DNA from: Ruditapes philippinarum
Taxonomy: Eukaryota
Assembly: GCF_026571515.1 (NCBI RefSeq)
Contig: NW_026865491.1
Coordinates: forward strand, 1-64,000
Direction of reading: 5' to 3'
Length of the DNA: 64,000 nt
The notes beneath the pieces are model-generated. The model had not been told where the DNA came from, ran no database searches, and was given only the letters and a program-made list of their open reading frames with translations. Of this stretch, positions 11,859 to 24,715 are shown one piece after another. Each line of letters starts with the position of its first letter. The first letter of the stretch is position 1. A program made the translations under genes and the position numbers.

Positions 11859-12668
11859 CATTATACATAGTACAGCGTAAAATTTGGGGTTTTAACATGA
11901 ACTCTTATTAACAAAAAAAGGGGAAGTTTTGGAGTCTTGGTTGCTGATTTGGTAACAAATAATCATACATTGTTTTCAATGAAGGAAATGTTATCTTGTT
12001 TATACGGTTTTAGGCACAAAAAACTTCCTGGGTGCATCATGCATTTGTATAGCATTATCATTTTAATTAAGGAAAGAAATCTGTTGTATTTGAAATGACT
12101 GTACTTTTACCTGGTAATTTGGATTAGTCATACAATTTTGCTTCGGGTTTTTCATAGATAAAAAATAAATAAAAGTACGTTGCTAACAACACATTCTATA
12201 TTAAAACATTTTCTAAATCATTTTTTTAAGACTAATAAGTAATTTATATGATTGTTTTAGAGAGTTATTTAAACTTTAACAATTGCAATTTGTTCAAAAG
12301 ATTTACATAACATCCCAGTTGACATTGACATTATCTCGTATTAAAGGTAATTTTATTTAAAAGATTTTCAATAAAACCTGGAGTAAAAATCAAAGTTAAT
12401 GAAAATGAACTGAAGACTCGTCGATAATTTTATTTGGTCAGTACAACACTAGTGTCTATTCTGAATCAAAACAACTGAAACGTATAAAGGCATGCTACTG
12501 TGATTTAATTATCATTATTCTATGTTCCTGCTTTGGGATCTGTTCAACCGAAGTTAAGATATTTCTCCTATACCTTAATTGTATGTTTTGACGGCTGTGT
12601 TGCGTATAATACTTTTTTGAAATGTTTCATTTTCTTTTGTTCCGACAATCGTTCTTGATTTTCTCGTT

Positions 12669-12699
<31 letters not shown>

Positions 12700-13872
12700 T
12701 TGTTTTTTTTGGACATGTACTTTTTAACAGGTGACTCAACATTGAAGGTTTAACTATTAACAAAGTATGAACATTTAATGTCAGAATTTTCTTGTTTTCT
12801 TAAAGCGGCGTTGGTGGTGGGCATAGACAGAAACTTACATTTCCAGCAAAAAGCAGGCTCTGTCAATCCGAACCTGCAACATTTTGGTCCTTTCCATATA
12901 AGGAGATTTTCTATGGTTCGTTTTCTTGATATCTGTGATTGCAGCTTTCTTTTCCTTATGGACATGCACTGAATGTTTTATAACTTTTTGAGTATTAATT
13001 AAAAGTGAGTATTTTAACTATGATGTTCTGTATGCACGGCAAATTCAACTAACTACTGTTTCTCATATGTAAATGTACAGGGCTCAATCTGTTTCGTTCT
13101 AATTGATTGTGGTCAGATTTTGTCGTTATCTAAATTAAGGTGGTTATAACTGATATCATATCATAAACTGTTCACAACGACGTAAACAATCGGCTCCGGA
13201 GGATTAGGGCTGGACATAAGTTTGCTTATTCCCATATTTTACACATCATTGAAAAGTAATTTAATCACTCAAAAATTACTAACTCCTTTGATTTAAGTAG
13301 TATGACGATAAAAATGGAGAAACATTGTAAATTTCATTCTTTTCACGCCAATGTGTTACTGTTTGGCACTTTAGTGAATGAAATTTAAGAACCTGTACTT
13401 ATAGTCCCTTCATAGATGTGAACTGAGAGAAATTGAGAACAACTCGCAAAAGACATCGACAATTTGAGCATGTATGTACAAGAATAATTCCTTAATGTTA
13501 AGCATGATTAGAAATAGTAATATTTGTACTGACAGGATAATATTTCTGTTCTAATTGATAACTAATTTCATATATAAGCTAATGTATTTACGCACACAAT
13601 GACCTTTTTTTATGCTCAGTAAAAGTGCTTGATAATATAGACATCAAAACCATACAAATGAGTTTTTTTAAAGTTATTTCTGAAATATTTAAAGACATTA
13701 CAAGGCAGTTACACTTACTCTTCATTATTTAAATACATAGCTTCAACATTTGATATAAATTAGTATTTCCCTAACTATGACAGTATTTGCATAAAAAATA
13801 ATAACTTTTATATGCATAAAAAAGCATAAACGAAATTCTGCATTTATCAAACCTTGACATGCTGTAAACGAC

Positions 13873-15168
13873 AATGACAGTGTAAAGCCGGGCATGCGTG
13901 CACATCTTAATGATAGTGTAAAGCCGGGCATGCGTGCACATCTTAATGATAGTGTAAAGCCGGGCATGCGTGCACATCTTAATGATAGTGTAAAGCCGGG
14001 CATGCGTGCACATCTTAATGATAGTGTAAAGCCGGGCATGCGTGCACATCTTAATGATAGTGTAAAGCCGGGCATGCGTGCACATCTTAATGATAGTGTA
14101 AAGCCGGGCATGCGTGCACATCTTAATGATAGTGTAAAGCCGGGCATGCGTGCACATCTTAATGATAGTGTAAAGCCGGGCATGCGTGCACATCTTAATG
14201 ATAGTGTAAAGCCGGGCATGCGTGCACATCTTAATGATAGTGTAAAGCCGGGCATGCGTGCACATCTTAATGATAGTGTAAAGCCGGGCATGCGTGCACA
14301 TCTTAATGATAGTGTAAAGCCGGGCATGCGTGCACATCTTAATGATAGTGTAAAGCCGGGCATGCGTGCTCATCTTTATGATAGTGTAAAGCCGGGCATG
14401 CGTGCACATCTTAATGATAGTGTAAAGCCGGGCATGCGTGCACATCTTAATGATAGTGTAAAGCCGGGCATGCGTGCACATTTTAATGATAGTGTAAAGC
14501 CGGGCATGCGTGCACATCTTAATGATAGTGTAGAGTCGGGCATGCGTGCACATCTTAATGATAGTGTAAAACCGGGCATGCGTGCACATCTTAATGATAG
14601 TGTAAAGCCGGGCATGCGTGCTCATCTTTATGATAGTGTAGAGCAGGACATGCGTGCACATCTTAATGATAGTGTAGAGTCGGGCATGCGTGCACATCTT
14701 TATGATAGTGTAGAGCCGGGCATGCGTGCACATCTTTATGATAGTGTAGCGTCGGGCATGCGTGCACATCTTTATAATAGTGTAGAGTCGGGCATGCGTG
14801 CTCATCTTTATAATAGTGTAGAGTCGGGCATGCGTGCTCATCTTTATGATAGTGTAGCGCCGGGCATGCGTGCTTATCTTTATGATAGTGTACAGCCGGA
14901 CATGCGTGCTCATCTTTACGATAGTGTAGCGCCGGGCATGCGTGCTCATCTTTATGATAGTGTAGCGCCGGGCATGCGTGATCATCTTTATGATAGTGTA
15001 GCGCCGGGCATGCGTGCTCATCTTTATGATAGTGTACAGCCGGGCATGCGTGATAATCTTAGTGATAGTGTAGCGCCGGGCATGCGTGCTCATCTTTATG
15101 ATAGTGTACAGCCGGGCATGCGTGCTCATCTTTACGATAGTGTAGAGCTGCGGATGCGTGATCATCTT
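13873..15168. repeat. 36-bp minisatellite, ~36 copies
   Basis: Unit AATGATAGTGTAAAGCCGGGCATGCGTGCACATCTT; identical copies on the left, increasingly diverged to the right. Confidence 0.97.
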
Positions 15169-16734
15169 TGCAGCCTGGCCAAACACTATACTGATGGCAG
15201 CTCGATTTCTGCATTTTAGTATTGAAAGCCCTTAAATTTTTTATTTACCGCTCTATATTCATAGTAGGTCAAGTCCAAAATACCTTTTCAGCAGATTAAG
15301 GGCAATTCCATGTTTTATTCAGATATGCCACCGAAATAAATAATAGAAAGAGCATCGAAACACGAGGCTATCTGATTTGTACGAGGGGGCGTAGCCCCAG
15401 AGTATTAATCAGATTGCCGAGTGTTTTGATGTTCTTTCTCTTTTGTATCATAGCCAAACATAAAAAACACGTTCCCTGTTGTCACAACATGAAACCCCGG
15501 CAAAAAAGGAACCAATGAACGAACATATGAATATGATATTTCTGTCGCTTTCCCTTTCTCTGCCGTCACAATATGTAAACCCCAGCAAATATGAGCCAAT
15601 CAATGGGCATGCTCTGGAGTGCGGGTAACTAATACCTGCACTCTAGTTAACGCACGGTGCATGTATGTATACGATTTAACTCTGACACATTTTCAATAGA
15701 AAGGTCCTCAAACTATGATACAATAAGATGTTACAGCAATACAAAATGTGTTTTAGTAAGGATAAACTTAACAACTGAAATTTTGATGACACTGATAAGG
15801 CACATCTTGAAAAGTGAACCTGCGATGTTTTTGACGATGTCAAAATCGAATGTAATAATTATAAACGTTCGTCATTTTTAAATAACTAATTATCTGTTGT
15901 TGTTTTCTGATTAATATTCTCTGTTTAAAAAATAACAACATTAGGGTACGCTTCCTGTAAAATTAATTAAGATATGGAAAAAACATTAGAAAGCAAAATA
16001 CAAGAAGTTGAAGACGATATAAATTGAATTGTCAAGAAGTTAACAAGAAAGTTGAAGATGATTATTGATATTTGTCATTTATCGGTTATCGGTCTGGTGC
16101 GCGATGTTTGTCCAATTTATCTAAACGCGTGACGGCGTTACAAACGTCTAAAGTGTGTTTATATTTCCCGCATTATATTTCCATGTGAATTCCTTTACAG
16201 CTTGAATATCTTGACGACGCGGTTATACTGTTCGCTGTTTCTCCATTGAAACCTTTACTTTGTGCTTTATTCTCTTCATTCCAGGAGCTGTAAAGGCGAC
16301 ACAAAACATAACATAAGGTCATAGTTGTGAATTTAAATTGTAAACAACTTGTTTGATCCTCACAATGAGTTTGTCTACTTAATTTAATAGGATGGTGTAT
16401 AAATTTGGAGGGTATCTATAAGAGGTTTTATCTAGACAGGGATCTTGCTCTTCTATTGGATATAGCTGACATATCAGGAAACAACATTAAACATGCAAGG
16501 GAGGGCGCACGTTATTGAACTTTGTTAATCAACCTCTTAACATAAAATAACTCGCAACAAGTGGAGGACTTATAAACGATTAGTAGATGTTTATTTATTG
16601 TTTGGAAATATTTTTTTCATACCAGATTTCGCAGCTGAATTATTCAAGTGTTCATTATCCATTCGCTCTACAACAAAATATATTTAGTGAATTTGTAGAA
16701 ACATAAACAAAGTTACGCTTATTTTCTTGCCAAG

Positions 16735-17368
16735 ATGAATTCATATATTTGTTACTTTATGTGTATCGGTGCATTATCATGCATTGCACGTATTACGGCC
16801 ATGTCACAGTGTTCCGTAAAGGTGCCAGTACCTGACATATCGTTCTGTGATGCAACAGGAGCGCTGGAAGAAAAGGTCGACGCGAACATTTATGAGACAA
16901 GCGGACGTGTAAAGGCGGTTCAAGACTTTCAATACGATGCTTTTGAATTATTTAACCATCAGCTGACGACGTTATTAGACGATTCAAAAAGCACGGATAT
17001 GAACATTCATGATGTTGAAGAAGAAATTTTAACTTTAAAACGATTTGTGAGTCGTGTACTGTCGGACTCGGTTAACGACGAGATACCAGCAATCAGCGGA
17101 ACGAGACATAAACGTGCTGCATCTGTAAATCAAACCCAACAACTTCTGAACTCGGCTAAAGCAACCTTCCAACAAGAACTTGCCAAAATTACAAATAAAT
17201 TGGCCATTATTTCAAGTTCTATCGCTAAAGAAGCCGCTCAGACTACAGCTATACACACGAAACTTCTGAACGAACTTACTTCAAATCAACTAACACTAAC
17301 GGCTACAGAGCAGCAATTAAACGCCCTTGATACAACAATCAGAAATGTCCTTAAAACAACAAAACCAG
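16735..17368 (+). CDS. gene B exon 1
   Basis: AAGATGA start; MNSYICYFMCIGALSCIARITA...VLKTTKP; CAG|GTACAC donor, phase 1. Confidence 0.85.
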
Positions 17369-18800
17369 GTACACATGTAGTTTGTTATCATAAAAATATA
17401 CTTATTCTAAAATAACAGTTTAGAAAATAATCATGATTCTCGAATTCCAAAAATGAACCAAGTCAAACGTATGATAGATAAGGGTAAATGTTAAATTATA
17501 TTTAGTTGTAATATAATGATAATATAACAATAATGAATGACATATATAAGTTAGATAATTTAACGTTATTTTGCCGACAATAATGAAACAATAATTGGTG
17601 GGAACACCGGGAAAATGGAAAAACAAAATACATTTCATTGCTGCATGTTCTCTGTAAAGACTTGCCATGTATACATACTGCTGTTCTTTTGTTTTTACAA
17701 ATATTCCCTGTTTATAAACCCCATGTTTGTATCATCTATGATGCTCTGAGAGAATTTGATTTATATTTGAATTATATCAGAAAGCATACCTTAATGATAT
17801 GAATCAAATATATATCTGATATCATATTACCGTACTAGCAGCTATGCTACTGAAAAGAAATATTACCCAGGCGTATTTATATGCAAACACGTCGCATCAC
17901 TGTCATAGCATCATTACGTTTTTTAAATATTTGTTTTCATGTTTCATTTGATGATGTATCATCACATTCAAATTTAGAATAATAGAATTTCACTCATTGA
18001 ATAAAGTGGTATGCATTGTAGTTGTGATAACTTGTTAAAGTGACATGATGCTCATCTTTTTCATCTTATTGCCAGTACAATAATACTGAATTGCTTTCAT
18101 CTGTTTAAATATATCTGATACAGTTGTTGTAGATTGACATTTTAATTTAAATCATGTTCTTTATTGATATTTGATAATTGATATTGATATGAAATGAATG
18201 AAAATACATGTGCTCAACACTCAACACAGATACCTACAACATCAGCAGTGGGTCTTTGTCCGAAAATTGCAATTTAATATTAAACATCGGGGACACGTCT
18301 AGTGTCATGTAGGGTCTAATGGTGATTTTATGCGAAACATATCTCAGCCTATACGAAAATAAAGAACAAGTTAAAATATCTAAATAAAATATTGATATAA
18401 AAAAGTTGAAACATTGTAGGTGTAGGCGGTGTGAGTCTGTCGGCAGTGAGGCAACAAATCACGGACCTGGTAATAAACGCCAGTGTAGCAGAACAAATTA
18501 CACAACGACAACTAGACAACATCGAAAAACTGGTAAGAACAAAACATTTAAATAACACTAACTTTTTAGTGTGTCTGTGTATGTTGGGAGGTAAAAAAAT
18601 ACCTCCATGTGTTAATGTCAAGCGGTGACTTGAAAGCTACTTGGTGAAGAAAACTCTAATTTACCCGAGCATGCATCGAAAATAATAGAAAATACATGTA
18701 ACAGTTTATTCATATCATTTATATATTTTTCAGAAATCAAGATATGTTATTTGTGTTTTCACGGTTGTATGTCTTTATGTGTTGCCTTCTTTAAATAAAG

Positions 18801-18861
<61 letters not shown>

Positions 18862-21800
18862 TGTTTTTGGACATTGACGGAATTTTCTTCATTGGTTTTG
18901 ATGTTTTTGATCTCGTTTCAATGATTGAAAGAATTTCATTTGATTTCATTAGCTTACTGGATATGCTGACTATAGACAAAAGCAGTGCAATAGTCAGTTG
19001 ATATACAGGGCATGTTTGTCTTTTTTAAAGCAGATTACCGACAATTACTTTAAAATGAGACTTTTTTCTTTCAACAAGCCACAACACGTAGGCGAAGTAT
19101 TCCAGTTTCCCTTTCATTCCATTCATTATTTTTATCATAAAGTAATCTCAAATGGTTTAGAATAAACTGTGAATGTTAAAGCTATTAATATTGAAAGATG
19201 GACTATGTTTTGACGGTTTTTAGAATACCGAAGCTTCATATTTAATCATTTTTAGTGAAAATCAATGCAACCCAAAAATTCTGGGGTATCAAGTGGGAAG
19301 CTTCAAGGGCATCTTATAACAAAACTTTCATATGTTAACACAAACACTGTGATCGTATGGATATTTAATGTATTAACTTTTTAAAATATTTATTTCACGT
19401 AAAAACTGGGTTAAAAGAAGAAAAAAACTCGACGATTAAAAAAGATTTAGTTCAAATCTTTATGTCAAACTCGGCTGATAAATGCGGCCATGGTGTCGCT
19501 AAAATAGCAGAATTGTTTGGTCTTCACGCATTGTGTTTCGTCCACAGATATATGAGCCGCGTCACGACAAAACCAACATAATGCGTTTGCGACCAGCATG
19601 GATCCAGACCAGCCTGCGCATCCGTTTGCAGTCTGATCAGGATTCATGCTGTTCGCTATCAGTTTAACTACTTGTAATAGGGTTTGTAAGCGAACAGCAT
19701 GGATCCTGATCAGACTGCGCGGATGCACAGGCTGGTCTGGATCCATGCTGGTCGCAAACGCATTATGTTGGTTTTGTCGTGACGCGGCTCATATGTACAA
19801 ATTCTTTAGAAATATAAAACGTCAAGAAAATAAAGATAGCAGCAATGCTTTACTCGTGTATGTCAATGTTACAATAAATTATACTAATATTCTCTTCTAA
19901 TTTATCATTAAACATGTACAACTTGAAATGAAACCTTGCAGATATATTCATGACACAGCGCCTTTAAACGATTAATATTGAAAATAAACATATTGCTTAA
20001 AGGATGTCCGGACCTTAAATGCTCTTCTCTAAATTCCGTTCTTCATTTCTGACATTATAATGTTGTGCTTCATAACATTATTGGCAATTTTTACTAAGAC
20101 TATAAAATACAATAACACTTGCTCAACAATACAAAGGTCCAAGCCATTTGAAAACAACTTCCAGCATATTTCTGCTTCTCACTATTGTTCAAATACAGTA
20201 ATGTTGATTGTGAGTTTCATCAAAATAATCACAAATGTGTCAATTTTACAAGATAACGATTTTCCTCCTTAAACAATCTGTTGCTAAATGAAATAAATAA
20301 ATTTATAAAACAAATAAATTGTATATACTAGTTCGACTTGTAAAGGTTGAACAAGAAAACATGGGAATCGCACATCTCTTATGTTACTATTTCAGGAACA
20401 ACAAATGGAGCGTAGTGAACAAGCTGCAGGAGCTAAGCTGACTTCTCTCGAGACAGATATTAGTAACCTTGACAACCGTCTCCCAAACATAACTCATCAA
20501 ATTGCCAATCTGAAAGGTAATTGTGAGGTTTTTTTTTTAAACAACTCTTATAAATATATTTAAGTTATGGCTTTATTTAATAATTTCTTATCAAATTCTA
20601 TTATTTTAATGTAATGAACACAAGAATATCAGTAGAAAAATTTGAAATAGCATAGATTCAAGACGTGTATTTCTTTGAAGATGTCCTACGTGTTCCCAAA
20701 TGTTCTTTTTGTACGTGTCCTGTCCTCTATTTTTTTCGTGTAATTATTTCATTCTGTACATTTTGTACGTGTCTCCAAACGTTTTGGTCGGTATTACAAA
20801 CATATATGCTGCGCATTATTAGTGTGAAAAGTATTTGCAATAGATTTGCATTATACTGCGTCACATGTCCGTGTGCGTAAAGAATCTCCCTGCGGTTTTT
20901 ATCACGCAGATAGACTCTTCATGCCACATGTATAATAAGAAATAGAAATATATCACGACGAATCTGAAGGTTCATCTGTCATGGGATTGACATGTTTCAA
21001 CTGTTGTTTAATTGGCTGGAAATATATTTGAAACTGTTTCATATAGCAAGAACTTCTTTTTTCCATAAGGATGCGTGTCATTACTTATAATAGAACGGAC
21101 ATACCCTCGGTTATCTTCCATTTATACCTGTTCATCTATAACTGAAATAGCTCATCAAAGACGCACACAAATGCGAACAAAGCAAGCAGGCCCAGTGAAT
21201 AATTTCAAGTTTAAACATATGACCATGAAATCTCAAAATCAAAGAGACCACTGTGTTAATTTTTTTCTACAAACGTTTTAGTTACCGATCAAATCGACGT
21301 ACATTTCAAGTAATTTGACAAATAAATGTTTTAGTCTTAGCAAAAGCAACTAACAAAATCCCTAAAGAACGTCTAAATCGGTAAAGTTGAAAAGGTTTCC
21401 GTTGTGCCTGTTCATGGGTTGTAGTGGTAAATGTAAAGCTAGTAACGTCCACGCCCCCTAGCACCGGCTTTTAGAAAACAGTAGTATGACAAGTCAACGG
21501 TGAAAATTAAAAACATTCACAAATGTGTTCAAGTCTAAAAAAAGAAACAAGTGGTTTATCATTTCTATAAAATGATTAAGGGTAAAAAAGAAAAAGCATT
21601 AACGCCGCGGTTTCAAGTATCTTTTTTCTATTTTGAATGGATTTTCTTCAAATAAAACCTGTAAGTATAATAGATCTTTGCTCGGTTGTTTCCTACTTTC
21701 TGTAAAACCTCTTTGCTCTGATTTCCGGTACTTTTTGCAATCAGCATTCCGATCTATTAAATTATCTCAGAAACATTAATAATAATGGAAATTCAGAGAG

Positions 21801-24627
21801 ATACAAAACTTTCCTTGCAAGTGTTTATCAACTTTATTTGAAAAGTATAAAATGATATTCTGAAGTGGGCTTTACACAGACTTTCCCCTAAATGTCACGT
21901 GGGATTGTTAAAAATGTCATATATTCGGCGATATTCATAGTGGTATTTCGACAACAATTTGATTGATCAATACAATGTCTGAGTGATTAATTTTGTTATT
22001 TCTTGTAACAGGAGGAGAACGTATATACGAGGACAAGATTGGTACATTTATCTACAACACGACACATGACGTCGCTGATCTGACAGCGAAACAGGCCACT
22101 CTACAACAGGAAGTGACAAAGGTTTGATTTTATTTACATTTTTTTAAATTTCTTCCCCGAATTCTGTCCATTTTGCTCCGAATACTAGTTAGTTTCTGCT
22201 GAGCAACTGATTTAAGACAACCTATAATGCTGCATTAACTGCATCAACGCCAATACAATGTTTTCTGACTTCAAATAAGACTACATGTATGCATTTTCAG
22301 TCCGTGATTATAACTAAAGAACACGCGCTCTTTTAAAGAGTATTCTGTAAGTAAAGTAAGCGAGCAGTCAGATGGCTCTTTAAGAACAAACGAGAAAATT
22401 CATCCAATCCAACCATTTAGAAGTAATATCAAACTTTGTAAGAACATATAATTTTATACCTTACGGAGAATTTCTGATGATATTGTAGACCTTTAAGCAA
22501 AATTTCTCTTTTTTGGTATTCGTGTACCACGAATGTAACGGGTCTTACATAAAGAAATATCACAAAAAATAAACATAAAGCAAAGCACTTAATTGGCCTT
22601 ATTATATACTTGTCACCAATAATTCTCGGCACGTGAACAAATCTCGTTCTACTGTCTACATGTATAAGTATTTTTTTATGCAATTATGTTGTAACCTTTG
22701 TTTATATTTGTCAAAAATTAATACTTCTCGGCAACGTTAACAAATATTTTTCCTTCTTTGACATTTGTTTCTTACATGTATAAGTATTTCTTATGCAAAC
22801 TGTTACATATATCATAACATTTGTTCATATCGTTAGCAATACTTCTCGGCTAATTGTAACTTGTAACACTTTACAGATTTGACAATAAATTGTATGTTTA
22901 CAATTTTATGTTAAATAAAATTTATGTTATGTTATGTTATATACTGAGAATATATATGTACCAATATAATTTGCTAAACGATGTAAACTATAAAGTGGGT
23001 CATCTTACTGTAAGAACAATTGAATTCATTCCATGGACTTTAATAATATGTACAACAATTGACACGTCTGCTCGCACCAATGACGGAACTGAGAGATGAC
23101 ATAGACAATGTTCATGGCATTAAAGTCTCACCGTGCACCCAAACGTTTACAATAATTGTAAGGATATGATAATGGTGAACAAATACCTTTACATTGACAA
23201 CAGACACCGATGATAATGTGTTGTTTCTGAAACTTTTTACCAGGAAAAATATAGGTCTATGCATATAACGGTCAGTTCATGTCTTGATGGAGTCGTGATC
23301 GTGTAATTTGTTGTTATCTGGAACTCGGCAAATGTGGGTTTTTTTCTAAGCTAATCCCTCGGGACAAAGAAACTTTTATCGTTATAGCTACACGGTGCAC
23401 TACCGGTCATAAAAGTTTAGTCAACCAGTTGCGCTAATTTTCGAAGCTATAACTGTAAAATTGCGTTTGCACCCAAAGATTTGCTGGGGGAAAAACCAAA
23501 ATATTCTTAATCCGGAGTTAATCTATTCCGGAGTAGGTTTATTGATTACTCTGTTGTGTAAATGTGTTTTGATTATTTTGTACTATTCATTGTTACAGGC
23601 AGGTCAAGATGCATTCAGCGCAACAATGAAACTCGGGGCTTATGAACAAAATCTCACACAGTTCAGGTAATACTGCCAGCATTATTTCTACTTTAATCTT
23701 TCCCATGAAAACACAACACTAACAATACAATTAATTAAAATAGAATAAAAACTTTGTAAAAATAATAACACAAATGATAATATTACTGGTGAACAAACAT
23801 TCACAATAATTGTAATAATATGATAATGGTAATTGGTTAAGCATATCTTAAATATAGAGAAATTAAAAATGTCACACATACACTAAAATATTATCAGTGT
23901 CATGGACTTGCAGTATTAAAGAGGCTGTCCTTTATCATTTCAAAAATGCCATCAGTCGATCGTGTTACATCATGTCGCGCGATTCTTTAGTCGAATATAA
24001 GAGACGTTGCATGGTGGAATACCGATATATTTCTATCATAATTAAGTAGAAAAGCATTTTTTTTGCATAAAGAGCGCCAAAATAGTATACAAGTGTTCAG
24101 GTTTTTTCTTCTTCATGTTTTTATTTTCTTTTATTGAGATATTAATTTCATATATTAAAAGAAAGGTTTTCCACTAGGTTACAGAAATTCGACATTACAA
24201 GCTGATCAATGATGATTACCTTTAATACTTCTATAAGTTAAGTTGGAATGTGGAAATTTCATAAAAAGTGAGTTCCCATGTCCCCTTTACTGTCGCCAAT
24301 TTTCAAAAAAAGTAATATATATTAATGAGCCGCGTCACGACAAAACCAACATAATGGGTTTGCAATCACCATGGATCCAGACCAGTCGCGGATGCGCAGG
24401 CTGGTCTGGATCCATGCTGGTCGCAAACCCATTATGTTGGTTTTGTCGTGACTCGGCTCATTTATTTTATTTTCAGACATAATGTTGATGGTATCCAGAG
24501 CATAGTTACGTTCATTCAGCCAATCCAACAAGCTCAGAGCGGACAAATTCTTCAATTAAAGAAAACTCTAGCAGACAACATCCATGTTATGCAGTACGCG
24601 TTCGGGGTCCGTTCTACACCACCTTGA
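16735..24627 (+). CDS. Uncharacterised secreted coiled-coil protein (gene B), 398 aa, 6 coding exons: 16735-17368, 18420-18532, 20396-20516, 22012-22121, 23599-23666, 24477-24627
   Basis: All introns GT-AG with compatible phases (1,0,1,0,2); 1197 nt ending in TGA; hydrophobic N-terminus; RHKR at aa 124-127; AATAAA 83 nt after the stop. Confidence 0.85.
18420..18532 (+). CDS. gene B exon 2
   Basis: TGTAG| acceptor (a second in-frame acceptor would start at 18426); GVGGVSLSAVRQQITDLVINASV...IEKL; CTG|GTAAGA. Confidence 0.75.
18802..18859. repeat. (ATT)n microsatellite
   Basis: About 19 perfect units. Confidence 0.97.
19554..19790. mobile_element. Foldback MITE family A copy 3
   Basis: GAGCC...GGCTC ends; exact TSD ATAT at 19550-19553 and 19791-19794. 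Confidence 0.9.
20396..20516 (+). CDS. gene B exon 3
   Basis: TTTCAG| EQQMERSEQAAGAKLTSLETDISNLDNRLPNITHQIANLK; AAG|GTAATT. Confidence 0.85.
22012..22121 (+). CDS. gene B exon 4
   Basis: TAACAG| GGERIYEDKIGTFIYNTTHDVADLTAKQATLQQEVTK; AAG|GTTTGA. Confidence 0.8.
23599..23666 (+). CDS. gene B exon 5
   Basis: TTACAG| AGQDAFSATMKLGAYEQNLTQF(R); CAG|GTAATA, phase 2. Confidence 0.8.
24327..24459. mobile_element. Foldback MITE family A copy 4 (internally deleted)
   Basis: Both termini kept; ~100 bp of the centre missing. Confidence 0.85.
24477..24627 (+). CDS. gene B exon 6 (last)
   Basis: TTTTCAG| (R)HNVDGIQSIVTFIQPIQQAQSGQILQLKKTLADNIHVMQYAFGVRSTPP*. Confidence 0.8.
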
Positions 24628-24709
24628 TATAAATCTGCTAGTGTTTCAAAAAACAAACTGTTTACTTAAATGACCCTTCCATGAAGTTGTTGTATATTTT
24701 CTAAATTAT

Positions 24710-24715
24710 AATAAA
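24710..24715 (+). terminator. Candidate polyadenylation signal of gene B
   Basis: First AATAAA downstream of the TGA. Confidence 0.5.

Noticed and set aside
10620-11861. 21-bp palindromic repeats as CRISPR/iterons, and the LTRNFEL-repeat ORF
   Set aside because: They are mirrored subterminal repeats of a TIR element with a TSD.
13743-15219. 441-aa and 471-aa repetitive ORFs, or a CRISPR-like 36-bp array
   Set aside because: Units abut with no unique spacers and there are no cas genes. ORFs are open on both strands only because the unit is a multiple of 3; no splice context links them to a gene.
18791-18979. Poly-Ile ORF
   Set aside because: Translation of the (ATT)n microsatellite.
22430-22940. 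Possible LINE 3' remnant with a ~75-bp direct repeat and (TGTTA)n tail
   Set aside because: No readable protein motif or TSD; too weak to call.
16735-24627. Gene B as a captured viral class I fusion protein (signal peptide, furin site, heptads)
   Set aside because: No hydrophobic fusion peptide after RHKR, no transmembrane anchor, and five spliceosomal introns.
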